A stretch of DNA of 48,510 bases from Clostridia bacterium (GCA_007123515.1 SKKY01000038.1:1-48510), one strand, 5' to 3'. Positions 26,537 to 40,529 are shown, numbered from the stretch's first letter. Notes: generated from the letters alone by a model not told the origin. A program made the numbers and translations.

Positions 26537-26573
26537 AAAAAAAGAACTACCAGATTTTTGCCTGGTAGCTCTT
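26537..26573 (-). terminator. Rho-independent terminator of the atp operon
   Basis: CTACCAG/CTGGTAG stem, extended with one mismatch, followed by T7 on the minus strand just after the atpC stop. Confidence 0.75.
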
Positions 26574-26575
26574 AT

Positions 26576-26986
26576 TTATTCTTTACCTACGGTTTTTAAA
26601 CGTATCATCGCTCTTTTTAGTGCTGCTTCTGCTCTGGCAAAGTCAACATCTCTAGTTTTCTGATCAAGTCTTCTAAGAGCCCGCTCTTTTGCTTTCGCAG
26701 CTCTTTGAGAATCAATGTCTTCCGGCGTTTCTGCTGCATTAACCAGCAGAGTGATCTTATTATCATGAAGTTCTAATACGCCTTCAGTAATAACTAGAGT
26801 GACTTCTTCACCATCACTTCGTGTATAGTTTAGTCGTCCGATTTCAACTAAGGTTACAATCGGAGCGTGATTATATAAAATACCGATGGAACCTGCTACT
26901 GTTGGAACGTTAATATACGTTATCGTTTCTTTGCATTGCGTTTTCTCTGGCGTTACAACTTCCAGAGTCATTTGCTTGTTTTCCAC
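26576..26986 (-). CDS. atpC: F1 ATP synthase subunit epsilon
   Basis: 136 aa with the typical epsilon beta-sandwich N-terminus and helical C-terminus. Last gene of the operon. Confidence 0.9.
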   Translation of the reverse strand: MENKQMTLEVVTPEKTQCKETITYINVPTVAGSIGILYNHAPIVTLVEIGRLNYTRSDGEEVTLVITEGVLELHDNKITLLVNAAETPEDIDSQRAAKAKERALRRLDQKTRDVDFARAEAALKRAMIRLKTVGKE

Positions 26987-27000
26987 GGGTATTCACCCCT

Positions 27001-28407
<1,407 letters not shown>

Positions 28408-28440
28408 TTAGTTAACCTCCTTTTAAAAGGTTTCGAATAC

Positions 28441-29292
28441 TTATCCTTTTAAAGCGTTTGCACCGCCGACAATCTCTGCAATTTCAGTAGTAATTGCCGC
28501 CTGACGGGCTCTGTTATATCGTAAATTCAATTCGGAGATCATGTCTCCGGCATTTGTCGTTGCACTGTTCATCGCTGTCATTCTTGAAGCATGCTCACTG
28601 GCTTTAGATTGTAATAAAGCTCTGTAAACCTGATTTTTAAAATACATCGGTAATAATTTGTCCATCAATTGGTCTTTCGCAGGTTCAAAAACATATTCCG
28701 TATTTGCAACCTCATCGCTTGGCGGATCTATTGGCAGGATCTTCATGTTTGATGGCAGATGGTTTACTGTAGAGATGAAATCGGTATAAATAATTCTGAT
28801 TTCATCAAACTGGCAGGCACAATATGATTTTATGATCTCCTTTGAAATTTCCTCTGCTTCGTAAAAAGTCGGATAATCTTGCACCCCGGCAATTTCTTTT
28901 ACAATAGGATATTTTCTTTTTTTGAAAAACTCACGAGCTTTTCTGCCAACTGTAATAATACTGTATTCCTGCTCTGTGCTGTCCATAACATTTTTAGCAA
29001 ATCTTAACAGGTTTGCGTTATATCCTCCGGCCAAACCACGATCAGCCGAAATAATATAATAGCAGATGCTTTTTACGGGTCTTTTCTCCAGCAATGGATT
29101 CCCGCTTTCTGATACTTGTCCAACCAAGTGTGATAACAGTTCTTCTAGTTTAATTGCATAAGGTTTGGATTTTTGAGCAGCCAGCTGTGTATTTCTAAGC
29201 TTAGACGCCGCAACCATTTCCATAGCCTTTGTAATTTGTTTTGTACTGTTGACACTTCGGATTCTTCGTTTTATATCTTTTTCAGCAGCCAA
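28441..29292 (-). CDS. atpG: F1 ATP synthase subunit gamma
   Basis: 283 aa with conserved gamma termini (I..RI.SV..T.QIT.AM..V and ITTEI.EIVGGA.A). Confidence 0.95.
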   Translation of the reverse strand: MAAEKDIKRRIRSVNSTKQITKAMEMVAASKLRNTQLAAQKSKPYAIKLEELLSHLVGQVSESGNPLLEKRPVKSICYYIISADRGLAGGYNANLLRFAKNVMDSTEQEYSIITVGRKAREFFKKRKYPIVKEIAGVQDYPTFYEAEEISKEIIKSYCACQFDEIRIIYTDFISTVNHLPSNMKILPIDPPSDEVANTEYVFEPAKDQLMDKLLPMYFKNQVYRALLQSKASEHASRMTAMNSATTNAGDMISELNLRYNRARQAAITTEIAEIVGGANALKG

Positions 29293-29322
29293 TTACTATT
29301 CACCACCTTCTAATTTTGCCTT

Positions 29323-31687
<2,365 letters not shown>

Positions 31688-31691
<4 letters not shown>

Positions 31692-32176
31692 TGCACTTCG
31701 CCTACCTCTTTAATGAAATCATCAATCATCTTTTCATGATCTTTAGCATCAAGGTTTTTTGCAATAATCTTTTCAGCAGCCATTAATGATGTTGCGACAA
31801 TCACTTCCCTGACTTCAGACATAGCCTTATCTTTTTCTGCCTGAATCTCTCTTTGAAGATCTGCTTTAATTTTTTGCGTTTCAACTTTTGCTGATTCTAC
31901 TATTTCATTCTTTTGCTTTTCAGCTAACTTTATGCCTTCAGAAATAATCTGACTTGACTCTTCTTTTGCTTTTTTAATTTGTTCCTGATATTCTGCCTTT
32001 AATTGTTCTGCTTCTTGTTTTGATGTTTCAGCAGAGTTTAAGTTTTCCTTAACTGTAGTCTTTCTTTGATCCAGCATATTTAAAATAGGTTTATGCAAAA
32101 ACTTATTTAGCACCCATATTAGAACAATGAAATTCACAATTGCAAAAATCACATCTGTTAGTACAATTTCAACCAT
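31688..32176 (-). CDS. atpF: Fo ATP synthase subunit b
   Basis: 162 aa with a single N-terminal TM helix followed by a long charged helix. SD GGAGGG. Confidence 0.9.
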
Positions 32177-32485
32177 TCCATTACCCTCCTCTCTTATATT
32201 ACGCGAAATAATTTATCCGTTCACTAACCACCACTAAAAACCGCACTTCTTAAAGCGTGGGATAGGTGGCGCTAAATCCCTAGGTGAACAAACTAAGTGA
32301 CTGCCACCAAATGGAGCATTTGGGGCATCTACTTATGGATTAGTTCAACTGGCACTCGGATGGAGTTAACACTCCACCTAAATTTAGTTTCACTTTATCA
32401 AAAAATACTACAATAGTATTATATTTCATTGAAGGAAATACTCTGTAGGCAACCGGGCACCCCAATTGCCTACAAATATTTAAAA
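32177..32485 (-). other. 309-nt non-coding, hairpin-rich spacer between atpE and atpF
   Basis: There is no ORF of 60 aa or more. Hairpins at 32444-32474 and 32406-18 (followed by U6), 32362-75 and 32307-23, plus long-range complementarity of 32272-86 with 32375-87. Confidence 0.6.
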
Positions 32486-32773
<288 letters not shown>

Positions 32774-32779
32774 CTAATT

Positions 32780-33478
32780 TTAATGATGATCTGCCGTTGC
32801 AGTTGAAATGTAAATGGCAGATAATAACGTAAATACATATGCCTGGATAGTACCAAACAACAACCCAAGGAAATACGCAGGCAGTGGAATAAATAACGGC
32901 ACCATGCTAAACAATGTCATGGCAACTAGTTTTTCTCCAAACATATTCCCGAATAGACGCAGAGACAATGATAATGGCTTAACGAATTCCTCAATAACCA
33001 TCAATGGGAATAAGAACCAATATGGCTCAAAAAAATGTTTGAAATATGATAGCCCCTTTTCTTTAATCCCAAAAAAGTGAGTCACTGAAAAAGTACAAAG
33101 CGCCAGTCCAACCGTAACACTTAATGTTGTTGTTGGGGTTGTTAACCAGGGAAGTTTCCCTGACATTGGTAGCAATGATGAGTAATTCATTAACAGAATA
33201 AACAAAAAGACTGTAGCTAAGTACGGAAAATATTTTCTTGCATTTTTTTCGCCCATAAGATCTGTCAGAAATTCCAGCAAGGATTCTACCACTTTTTCCA
33301 TAAAGTTTTGCCATCCGGACGGTTCCCACTTCAGACTTTTTGTAGCTACAACAGCCATTACAACCAATACTATCATGACTAGCCACATGCTAAATATATA
33401 ATCACTAATTTCTATTCCTGCAACTCTAAACAAAGGATCGCTGGCTGCATTGGCAACTCCAATAAACAATATTTTCAC
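32780..33478 (-). CDS. atpB: Fo ATP synthase subunit a
   Basis: 232 aa. The conserved Arg helix motif LSLSLRLFGNMF is present. The start may be the TTG at 33469 (better SD spacing) rather than the GTG at 33478. Confidence 0.92.
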   Translation of the reverse strand: MKILFIGVANAASDPLFRVAGIEISDYIFSMWLVMIVLVVMAVVATKSLKWEPSGWQNFMEKVVESLLEFLTDLMGEKNARKYFPYLATVFLFILLMNYSSLLPMSGKLPWLTTPTTTLSVTVGLALCTFSVTHFFGIKEKGLSYFKHFFEPYWFLFPLMVIEEFVKPLSLSLRLFGNMFGEKLVAMTLFSMVPLFIPLPAYFLGLLFGTIQAYVFTLLSAIYISTATADHH

Positions 33479-33500
33479 CCCTTTCTATAAAAATTAGATT

Positions 33501-33725
33501 TTATAAATTTTTTTTATCTTTTTTGCGTTGTTCAATTTTATCAACAATCTTCACTTTTTCAAAAAGATTATTAAAAGACATAACAATCGCAATTAAAACC
33601 AATAAGAATGTAAGGTAAGGGTCTGTACCATACCTTTCATCCAGCCAGTGCCCGCCTGTATAGGCAAGCCACATAAGCGTTGCTGTATAAACTCCAAAAT
33701 GAAGCGCAATAGCTATATAATTCAT
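33501..33725 (-). CDS. atpZ: AtpZ/AtpI-family small membrane protein
   Basis: 74 aa from the ATG preceded by GAGGAATAAT, with two TM helices, immediately upstream of atpB. The track ORF extension overlaps the mnaA 3' end. Confidence 0.7.
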   Translation of the reverse strand: MNYIAIALHFGVYTATLMWLAYTGGHWLDERYGTDPYLTFLLVLIAIVMSFNNLFEKVKIVDKIEQRKKDKKNL

Positions 33726-33726
33726 A

Positions 33727-34905
33727 TTATTCCTCTGACCCGGAATAATCCCAGCTAAGTGGAACTGTATCGTTATGACCAAAATAATACTTCAAATGAT
33801 CTACAATCCTTTTGGATGCGTTTCCATCACCGTAGGGATTTATCGCAAAGGCCATTTGATCATAACTTTTTTGATCAGTCAGGATATGTTTAATATTATC
33901 ATACACTCTCTTTCTTTCTGTACCGATAAGTTTTACCGTCCCTGTTTGTAGTGCTTCTGGTCTTTCTGTATTATCTCTTAAAACCAAAACGGGCTTTCCA
34001 AGAGCCGGGGCTTCTTCCTGTATTCCTCCAGAATCCGTTATTACTATGTACGCCTTATTCATAATATCGCAAAATTCATAATATTCAAGAGGTTCAATAA
34101 GATTTATCCTTTCCTTATTTACAAGAAATTGCTCTGCTGCCTTTCTTACTTTTGGGTTTTTGTGAATTGGAAAAATAATTCTTACATCTTTGAATTCATC
34201 ATGTATATCAGATATGGCTTTAAAAATTTGAGGAAATTGATCGTGATTTTCTCTTCTATGAGCAGTCACAAGTATAATTCTACCACTAATATCCAACAAT
34301 TCACAAGTGCGTTTTTTAATTTTTTCATGTATACAATCATCTGGTTTTTTTATTGTATGTAATAGTGCATCAATGACCGTATTGCCTGTTACAAAAATCT
34401 TTTCCTTACTAACCCCTTCGTTAATAAGATTTTCCATCGCCTGTATCGTTGGCGCATAATGCAGCGTTGTTAATACGCCCGTAAGCTTTCGGTTCGCTTC
34501 TTCCGGAAATGGCGAATAGAGGTCGCCTGAACGCAACCCCGCTTCTATATGAGCGACAGGAATTTGCTTGTAATAGGCAGCTAATGCTGCAGTAAAAGTC
34601 GTCGTCGTATCCCCGTGAACAAGGATCATGTCTGGCTGAACCTCTTCGAGAACCGCTTCGAGTTTTCTTAATACTTCCGTGGTCACATCATAAAGCGTCT
34701 GATTTTGTTTCATAATATTTAAATCATAGTCCGGTATAATCTCAAAGAGTTCAAGTACCTGATCAAGCATCTCCCTGTGTTGTGCAGTCACAATGACAAT
34801 ACTTTCAAAAAGAGGATGTGCTTCGAGCTCTTTAATTAATGGGGCCATTTTTATGGCTTCCGGCCTTGTTCCAAATATGCTGATTATTTTTTTCTTATCT
34901 GTCAT
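33727..34905 (-). CDS. mnaA: UDP-N-acetylglucosamine 2-epimerase (non-hydrolysing)
   Basis: 392 aa with the FGTRPEAIKMAP N-terminus, HGDTTT, and DSGGIQEEAP.LGKPVLVLR. Confidence 0.92.
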   Translation of the reverse strand: MTDKKKIISIFGTRPEAIKMAPLIKELEAHPLFESIVIVTAQHREMLDQVLELFEIIPDYDLNIMKQNQTLYDVTTEVLRKLEAVLEEVQPDMILVHGDTTTTFTAALAAYYKQIPVAHIEAGLRSGDLYSPFPEEANRKLTGVLTTLHYAPTIQAMENLINEGVSKEKIFVTGNTVIDALLHTIKKPDDCIHEKIKKRTCELLDISGRIILVTAHRRENHDQFPQIFKAISDIHDEFKDVRIIFPIHKNPKVRKAAEQFLVNKERINLIEPLEYYEFCDIMNKAYIVITDSGGIQEEAPALGKPVLVLRDNTERPEALQTGTVKLIGTERKRVYDNIKHILTDQKSYDQMAFAINPYGDGNASKRIVDHLKYYFGHNDTVPLSWDYSGSEE

Positions 34906-34908
34906 AGT

Positions 34909-35235
34909 TTACTCCGTTTTTCTTGGGTAAGAGAGGTATCCTTTATCGATTAATTTTTGAACATGCTTTTCTAAGGCTTCTCCAATATCCATTTTATGTT
35001 CTTCCTCAAGCACGAACATCAGTGAGACCGCTGTTTGTGCGACATCGAGAAGTTCAGCAGAAATCTTTTCCATAACTTCAGCTTCTTCGTAAACCTTATC
35101 TTCTCCGCTCATTCCCCTGTATTTTCCGATGGCCTGTGCAAGTTCACCGGTTTCTTCCATCAGCTTTAAAGCTGTCGATTCAATCGTTGGCTGAAGGTTG
35201 TTTAACCTTGGCAGCGCTATGCTTTTATATTTCAT
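34909..35235 (-). CDS. MazG-like nucleotide pyrophosphohydrolase domain protein
   Basis: 108 aa with an EETGE (E-E-x-x-E) metal motif followed by ELLDV, the single-domain MazG pattern. Confidence 0.65.
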   Translation of the reverse strand: MKYKSIALPRLNNLQPTIESTALKLMEETGELAQAIGKYRGMSGEDKVYEEAEVMEKISAELLDVAQTAVSLMFVLEEEHKMDIGEALEKHVQKLIDKGYLSYPRKTE

Positions 35236-35264
35236 CTTTTTCTCCTGTATCTTTGATGTTCTTG

Positions 35265-35753
35265 TTATTTTTCAGCCTGTGGCTTAATCTGCTCAATCTC
35301 AAGTGAAGATTCCGCTATGATTTCCCTGGCTAATTCATCGGGATATCCTTCTATAAAAATGATTTTTTTGACCCGGGCGTTAATGATCAGCTTTGAACAA
35401 AGAGAACAGGGGAAATTAGTGCAATATAGTGTGCTCCCTTTAATACTAACGCCATGAACCGCGGCCTGAATCAATGCATTCTGCTCAGCATGAATCCCAC
35501 GGCAAAACTCATGTCTCTCCCCGCTGGGAATGCCATTTTGTTTCCTGATACAGCCTCTGTCAAGGCAGTGTTCCATGCCTCTTGGAGCTCCATTATAACC
35601 TGTGCTTAGAATATGGTTTTCTTTTACGAGAACAGCACCCACTTTTCTTCGTAAACAAGTAGAACGGGATGATACCAGCTCTGCAATTTCCAGAAAGTAT
35701 TCATCCCAGCTTTTTCTTTTATTATTGTGTTCCAAAAATTCTGTCTCCGGCAT
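35265..35753 (-). CDS. comEB: dCMP deaminase (ComEB-type)
   Basis: Zinc motifs HAEQNA and PC..C are present. The start is ambiguous: the ATG at 35753 overlaps upp by 32 nt, while the TTG at 35735 has GGAG 9 nt upstream. Confidence 0.85.
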   Translation of the reverse strand: MPETEFLEHNNKRKSWDEYFLEIAELVSSRSTCLRRKVGAVLVKENHILSTGYNGAPRGMEHCLDRGCIRKQNGIPSGERHEFCRGIHAEQNALIQAAVHGVSIKGSTLYCTNFPCSLCSKLIINARVKKIIFIEGYPDELAREIIAESSLEIEQIKPQAEK

Positions 35754-36351
35754 CACCAAGGCCCGGCACAATATAGCCATGGTCATTTAGTTTTTCATCA
35801 ATGGCAGCTACAAAAATATCAATCTCCGGGTGCTTTTCATGAATCATTGCAATGCCTTCCGGTGCCGCTAAGAGACATACCAGTTTAATGGTACCGGCTC
35901 CTTTTTCTTTAATAAAGCGGATTGCTGCTTCAGCCGATCCTCCGGTTGCCAGCATCGGGTCAAGAATAAGAATTTCTCTTTCGGAAAGATCGGAAGGAAG
36001 TTTACAGTAGTACTCGACAGGCAATAAGGTATCCGGGTCACGATACAGACCGATGTGGCCTACTTTAGCAGCCGGGATCATTTTTAAAATACCTTCTACC
36101 ATACCCAGTCCGGCTCTAAGGATCGGAACCAATGCCACTTTTCTGCCGAAAATAACTTTGGAATGGGTTTTTTGAACCGGTGTTTCAATTTCAATTTCAT
36201 TTAGAGGGAAATCTTTGGTTACCTCATAGGTCATAAGCATTGTTATTTCTTCGACAAGCTCACGAAACTCTTTCGGACCGGTTGTTTTTTCCCTGATATA
36301 GGTTAATTTGTGCTGAATCAAAGGATGTTTTAGCTCATAAACGTTTGACAT
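35722..36351 (-). CDS. upp: Uracil phosphoribosyltransferase
   Basis: [14 protein letters not shown] loop and C-terminal [14 protein letters not shown]. The start is the ATG after GAGGTGG. Confidence 0.95.
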   Translation of the reverse strand: MSNVYELKHPLIQHKLTYIREKTTGPKEFRELVEEITMLMTYEVTKDFPLNEIEIETPVQKTHSKVIFGRKVALVPILRAGLGMVEGILKMIPAAKVGHIGLYRDPDTLLPVEYYCKLPSDLSEREILILDPMLATGGSAEAAIRFIKEKGAGTIKLVCLLAAPEGIAMIHEKHPEIDIFVAAIDEKLNDHGYIVPGLGDAGDRIFGTQ

Positions 36352-36390
36352 AGTCCACCTCACTTTTTTATCTTATCATATTCTACAACA

Positions 36391-37629
36391 TTAATAAGTA
36401 AAAAGGGGAAACTTTTGAGTAAGTTCTGCCACTTTTTTTACTGCCGCGTCTTCATTTTTTTCTATTAACACCAAAGAGATAATTTCTGCAATCTCTTTCA
36501 TTTCTTGCTCATTCATTCCCCTGGTGGTTGAGGCGGGTGTACCAAGTCTGACTCCGCTTGTCACAAATGGGCTTTTTGTCTCAAAAGGAATCGTATTCTT
36601 ATTAACCGTTACATTAGCTTCATCCAGCGCACATTCTGCATCTTTGCCTGTGATATCCTGTCCAGTCAGATCCACCAACATCAGATGGTTATCGGTTCCA
36701 CCGGACACCATTCTAAAGCCTTTTTCTTCAAGCGCTTTCGCCAATGCGGAAGCGTTCTTGATTACTCTTTGCTGATAGGTTGTAAATTCCGGAGCCAGCG
36801 CCTCTTTAAAAGCAACCGCTTTAGCCGCAATGACATGCATCAGCGGCCCGCCCTGGATACCGGGGAAAATTGCTTTATCAATGGCTGCAGCATATTCTTG
36901 TTTACAAAGAATCATACCACCCCTTGGTCCACGCAATGTTTTATGAGTCGTAGTTGTTACAAAATCAGCGTATGGCGCCGGATTTTGATGAAGTCCTGTA
37001 GCAACCAGTCCGGCAATATGAGCCATATCGACCATCAGGTAAGCGCCCACTTCATCAGCGATGTCCTTAAATTTCTTAAAATCAATGGCTCTTGGATATG
37101 CGCTTCCGCCAGCCACAATCATTTTTGGTTTTTCTGTGACAGCAATCTGTCTGATGACTTCATAGTCAATTTGTTCTGTTTCTTTTTCTACACCATAGGA
37201 AACAATATCAAAGTATGATCCTGATATATTAACCGGACTTCCATGCGTCAGATGGCCTCCGTGACTTAGATCCATACCCATAATCTTATCGCCAGGCTTT
37301 AGCATGGAGAAATAGACAGCGGTATTAGCCTGCGCTCCTGAGTGAGGCTGCACGTTTACATGATCGGATCCAAAAAGCTGTTTGGCTCTGTCTCTTGCCA
37401 GGTTTTCTGCCAGATCCACATATTCACATCCGCCATAGTAACGTTTACCCGGATACCCTTCAGCATACTTGTTTGTCAGTGCTGAACCTAATGTCGCCAT
37501 TACGGCATGGCTAACAAAGTTTTCTGAAGCGATCAACTCAATCTTTTCAATCTGTCTTTTCTCCTCTAAAGCAATAATATCAGCAATCTCAGCATCCACA
37601 CTTCTTACATAATTCTCAACGTAATTCAA
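36391..37629 (-). CDS. glyA: Serine hydroxymethyltransferase
   Basis: 412 aa with the PLP lysine motif [17 protein letters not shown] start after AAGGAGG. Confidence 0.97.
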   Translation of the reverse strand: MNYVENYVRSVDAEIADIIALEEKRQIEKIELIASENFVSHAVMATLGSALTNKYAEGYPGKRYYGGCEYVDLAENLARDRAKQLFGSDHVNVQPHSGAQANTAVYFSMLKPGDKIMGMDLSHGGHLTHGSPVNISGSYFDIVSYGVEKETEQIDYEVIRQIAVTEKPKMIVAGGSAYPRAIDFKKFKDIADEVGAYLMVDMAHIAGLVATGLHQNPAPYADFVTTTTHKTLRGPRGGMILCKQEYAAAIDKAIFPGIQGGPLMHVIAAKAVAFKEALAPEFTTYQQRVIKNASALAKALEEKGFRMVSGGTDNHLMLVDLTGQDITGKDAECALDEANVTVNKNTIPFETKSPFVTSGVRLGTPASTTRGMNEQEMKEIAEIISLVLIEKNEDAAVKKVAELTQKFPLFTY

Positions 37630-37697
37630 TTTTGTTCCTCCTTGGTATATTGAAATCTATGAAAAACGAAAAATTCGTTAATCTCCATTGTAAGCGC

Positions 37698-38264
37698 TTA
37701 CTTCTTGTTGAGGTTGTAGGTGGCTCTTTCCCCACCTACATATTTAGGTCTTGTTTTAGCAAACACGATCAGAGCCTGACCAATTTTATTATGAGGCAAC
37801 CTAACCGGAACGGCCACTTTTTTTAGGTTCATTCCGATCAACGTCAACCCGATATCGATCCCATAGTCGGCCTTGATTCCTTCTGTTAAACAAGGATCTT
37901 CAAACATTTCATAGGCAGCCTCTGCCATCGCACCTCCGGCCACCCGGGTCGGGATGGCGTTAACCTCTTCTAATTGTTTTAGTTCCTGCAGGGTTCTTTC
38001 CATCAGCACCCCGCGATTAAGGTGTTCGCAGCACTGAAAGGCCAGGGAAAATCCATAGGTTTCGGCAAAGCGGAACATGACGGTAATCATTTCTTTTGCC
38101 GCATCCCGGCTGCCTCCGGTTCCGATACTGGCTCCAGTGACTTCACTGGTACTGCAGCCAACAAGCAGTACGGACCCCCTTGGTTGTTTCATTACTTTCA
38201 TAATATCATTAAACACATCTTCTGTTTCCTGAGTTATGCTTTTTTTCATCAGATCATCACTCAA
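37698..38264 (-). CDS. TIGR01440/UPF0340 (YwlG-like) family protein
   Basis: 188 aa with VGCSTSEV and CCEHLNR motifs. It occupies the same position as B. subtilis ywlG, upstream of glyA. Confidence 0.7.
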   Translation of the reverse strand: MSDDLMKKSITQETEDVFNDIMKVMKQPRGSVLLVGCSTSEVTGASIGTGGSRDAAKEMITVMFRFAETYGFSLAFQCCEHLNRGVLMERTLQELKQLEEVNAIPTRVAGGAMAEAAYEMFEDPCLTEGIKADYGIDIGLTLIGMNLKKVAVPVRLPHNKIGQALIVFAKTRPKYVGGERATYNLNKK

Positions 38265-38715
38265 TTCTATATTTTTTTACCAGCTTCCTGCGTAGTCTTT
38301 TTATCTCTTCTTTTATTTCTGAAGCGGTTTCGCGGTAAGCATCCATGCTTTTTCCGAAGGGATCATGTATGTCTAAGGTCCCTTCATCGCAACCGGTATA
38401 TTCTTTTAATGTGTACACTTTCTGGCTGTATCCTGTGAAAAATGTTTTGATAATTTCTTTTTGTTCTTTGGTCATGGTTAAAATCAGGTCAGCCTGTATA
38501 ACAAGGTCTTCTTGCACACGCTTTGAGCGAAAACTTCCAATCGTATAATCATCTTCTTCAAGCACTTGTTGGGCATTAGCAGCGATCCGATCTCCTTCGA
38601 CTGCAAATATTCCAGCTGAATCAAAAGTGATTGAACCTATTAAATTTTCGGCAATAATTTTTGCCATAGGACTGCGACAAGTATTTCCTGTACAGACAAA
38701 AACAATCTTATTCAT
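38257..38715 (-). CDS. Low-molecular-weight protein arginine/tyrosine phosphatase (YwlE-like)
   Basis: 152 aa with the CX5R(S) P-loop VCTGNTCRSPMA and a distal DP motif. Confidence 0.85.
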   Translation of the reverse strand: MNKIVFVCTGNTCRSPMAKIIAENLIGSITFDSAGIFAVEGDRIAANAQQVLEEDDYTIGSFRSKRVQEDLVIQADLILTMTKEQKEIIKTFFTGYSQKVYTLKEYTGCDEGTLDIHDPFGKSMDAYRETASEIKEEIKRLRRKLVKKYRIE

Positions 38716-39749
38716 ATTGTTTTTCCTCCCGTTGCTTTTTCTACCCTATTAACAAAAGCCCGTCCAATCAGGGCATCCGGAATTTGTTCTATATAGATCG
38801 TTTGTATATGTTGCTGATCAAGATCTCTAAGATGCGAATAAAAGTCTGCTATGATGTGTTCCGGATCTTTTATGGAGCCAATCACAAGCAGCGATGTATG
38901 CTTTTGCTTATCTGGGGAAAGCTCTTTTTGCAACTCTTTTGTCATCATGATTCTTATTTCGGAATCAGCAGGCTCACTTAAAATCTTTTCTGTTTTCTCA
39001 GCTTTTTCCCGGTTACTTCCGGTAATCATAAAAAAATCACCCTTAGGAGCATAGTGTCTGTATTTGTTGCCCGGAGACTTTGGATGAATCGCACTGTCCT
39101 GTTCTTCCTCACCGACAGCCAGATAGATATGCAGCTCTTTTCTGCTGACTGACCCTGGTCGAAGGATTCGTGCTGGTTTTACGGAAAGATCCAGCACCGT
39201 TGATTCGATTCCGATTTTTGATTTTTCTGAAATGATAATGGCCTCAGCTTTCCCGTTTAAGTCTTCAATCACATGCTCAGCCCTGGTTGGGCTTGGTCGG
39301 CCGGATAGGTTGGCACTTGGGGCTGCTATCGGGACTCCGGCAGTTTCTAGTAATTTTAAAGCCACCGGATTAGAGGGCATTCTAAGCGCAACTGTGGTAA
39401 GGCCGGCTGTTACCGCTTCCGGGACATTGTCACTAGCTTCTAAGATCAGCGTCAGCGGACCGGGCCAAAACGCTTTTGCCAGGTCGTAGGCTTCCGGCGG
39501 GATGTTTTTAGCCAGCATTGCCATTTGATCAATATTATGAATATGAACGATTAACGGATTATCACCGGGTCGTCCTTTGGCCTGATAAATTTTCTGAATG
39601 GCCTTTGGGTTATAGACATCGGCACCTAATCCGTAAACCGTTTCTGTAGGAAAAGCTACTATTCCCCCGTTTTGCAAGATCATAGCAGCTTCCTGAATCT
39701 GACTTCTGTCATTATTTATATTTTCAATCGTTATAATTTTAGTTTTCAC
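38712..39749 (-). CDS. tsaC: L-threonylcarbamoyladenylate synthase (Sua5/YwlC type, with a C-terminal SUA5 domain)
   Basis: 345 aa with YGLGAD, KGRP..NPLIVH and SAN.SG motifs. Confidence 0.9.
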   Translation of the reverse strand: MKTKIITIENINNDRSQIQEAAMILQNGGIVAFPTETVYGLGADVYNPKAIQKIYQAKGRPGDNPLIVHIHNIDQMAMLAKNIPPEAYDLAKAFWPGPLTLILEASDNVPEAVTAGLTTVALRMPSNPVALKLLETAGVPIAAPSANLSGRPSPTRAEHVIEDLNGKAEAIIISEKSKIGIESTVLDLSVKPARILRPGSVSRKELHIYLAVGEEEQDSAIHPKSPGNKYRHYAPKGDFFMITGSNREKAEKTEKILSEPADSEIRIMMTKELQKELSPDKQKHTSLLVIGSIKDPEHIIADFYSHLRDLDQQHIQTIYIEQIPDALIGRAFVNRVEKATGGKTI

Positions 39750-39761
39750 AGTGATACCTTC

Positions 39762-40403
39762 TTACAATATTTGGCTGTTTACATACTTTTCTATTTTATC
39801 CGTTTTATCAGAAGAGGCAATAAAAATAATGCAATCGCCCTCCTTAAGGATAAAGTCTTTATCCGGTGAAAAAATTTCATCGCCTTTTCTTTCCACAGCA
39901 ATAATGGTCGCATCAGTTTCTCTTCTAAACTGCAGATCCTGAAGGCTTTTGTCTACAAGCGTAGAGTTTTTTTCCACCACAATTTCACCGACTCTTGGCA
40001 GTATGGAAAGCAGTCTTGAGCTGTACATCAGTACCTTATCCATTTGCTCTTCAATTTTTCTGTCGAGGGTTCTTTTTTCTTCAAGTAGCTGCAGGTAAGA
40101 TTCTCTGGCCCTTAATAAGTCTTGCCTGTGGTTAAAGCTTTGTACATATTTTTTTGCTGCAGCCCGGTCTTTAACATTAATCCCGCTGCCCTGTAACACC
40201 TCAACGATACCCATACTTTGTAATAGAGCAACCGCTCTTCTGATGGTCTCCGGTGAAACATTGTAACTTCCGGCCAATGTCGATCTTCCGTATAGCTTTT
40301 GTCCCTCTGCGTACTCTCTTTTTAAAATTTTTGTCGCAATATCGAAGGCTATCTTTTCATACTTGGCCATCGTACTGACATTTTTAATCGAGTCTTTTTT
40401 CAT
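39762..40403 (-). CDS. BusR-like transcriptional regulator (GntR wHTH, coiled coil, RCK_C/TrkA-C)
   Basis: 213 aa. N-terminal GntR-type wHTH (S.NVSPETIRRAV.LL...G), a central heptad-like helix, and a C-terminal TrkA-C pattern (V...S.L..KSL.DL.FR.....TIIAV.R.G.....P). Confidence 0.7.
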   Translation of the reverse strand: MKKDSIKNVSTMAKYEKIAFDIATKILKREYAEGQKLYGRSTLAGSYNVSPETIRRAVALLQSMGIVEVLQGSGINVKDRAAAKKYVQSFNHRQDLLRARESYLQLLEEKRTLDRKIEEQMDKVLMYSSRLLSILPRVGEIVVEKNSTLVDKSLQDLQFRRETDATIIAVERKGDEIFSPDKDFILKEGDCIIFIASSDKTDKIEKYVNSQIL

Positions 40404-40455
40404 TTTTTTCCCATTTCTTATTTTATTCTTTCTGCAGTATAATTAATCAACTTAA

Positions 40456-40484
40456 ATTATACCTTTAATAAGAAATCTTCACAA
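40456..40484 (-). promoter_or_regulatory. Sigma-A promoter of the BusR-like gene
   Basis: Minus strand: TTGTGA, 17-nt spacer, TATAAT, about 50 nt upstream of the ATG at 40403. Confidence 0.6.
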
Positions 40485-40529
40485 CTTATTATTTTTTGTA
40501 AATAATATTTCTTTTTTATGAATAAGGGG

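Noticed and set aside
33063-33386. Same-strand alternative-frame ORFs nested in larger genes. This one lies in atpB; others are at 392-595, 3039-3242, 8399-8653, 14076-14258, 24863-25174, 26127-26360, 27471-27707, 44166-44348 and 47156-47356.
   Set aside because: Each is fully embedded out of frame in a gene with strong family motifs. None has an independent ribosome-binding site or conservation signal that I can see.
37640-37690. AACGAA-TTT-TTCGTT hairpin between the TIGR01440 gene and glyA, considered as a terminator or T-box-like control of glyA
   Set aside because: The stem is only 6 AT-rich base pairs and there is no further leader structure. The 68-nt gap is too short for a riboswitch.
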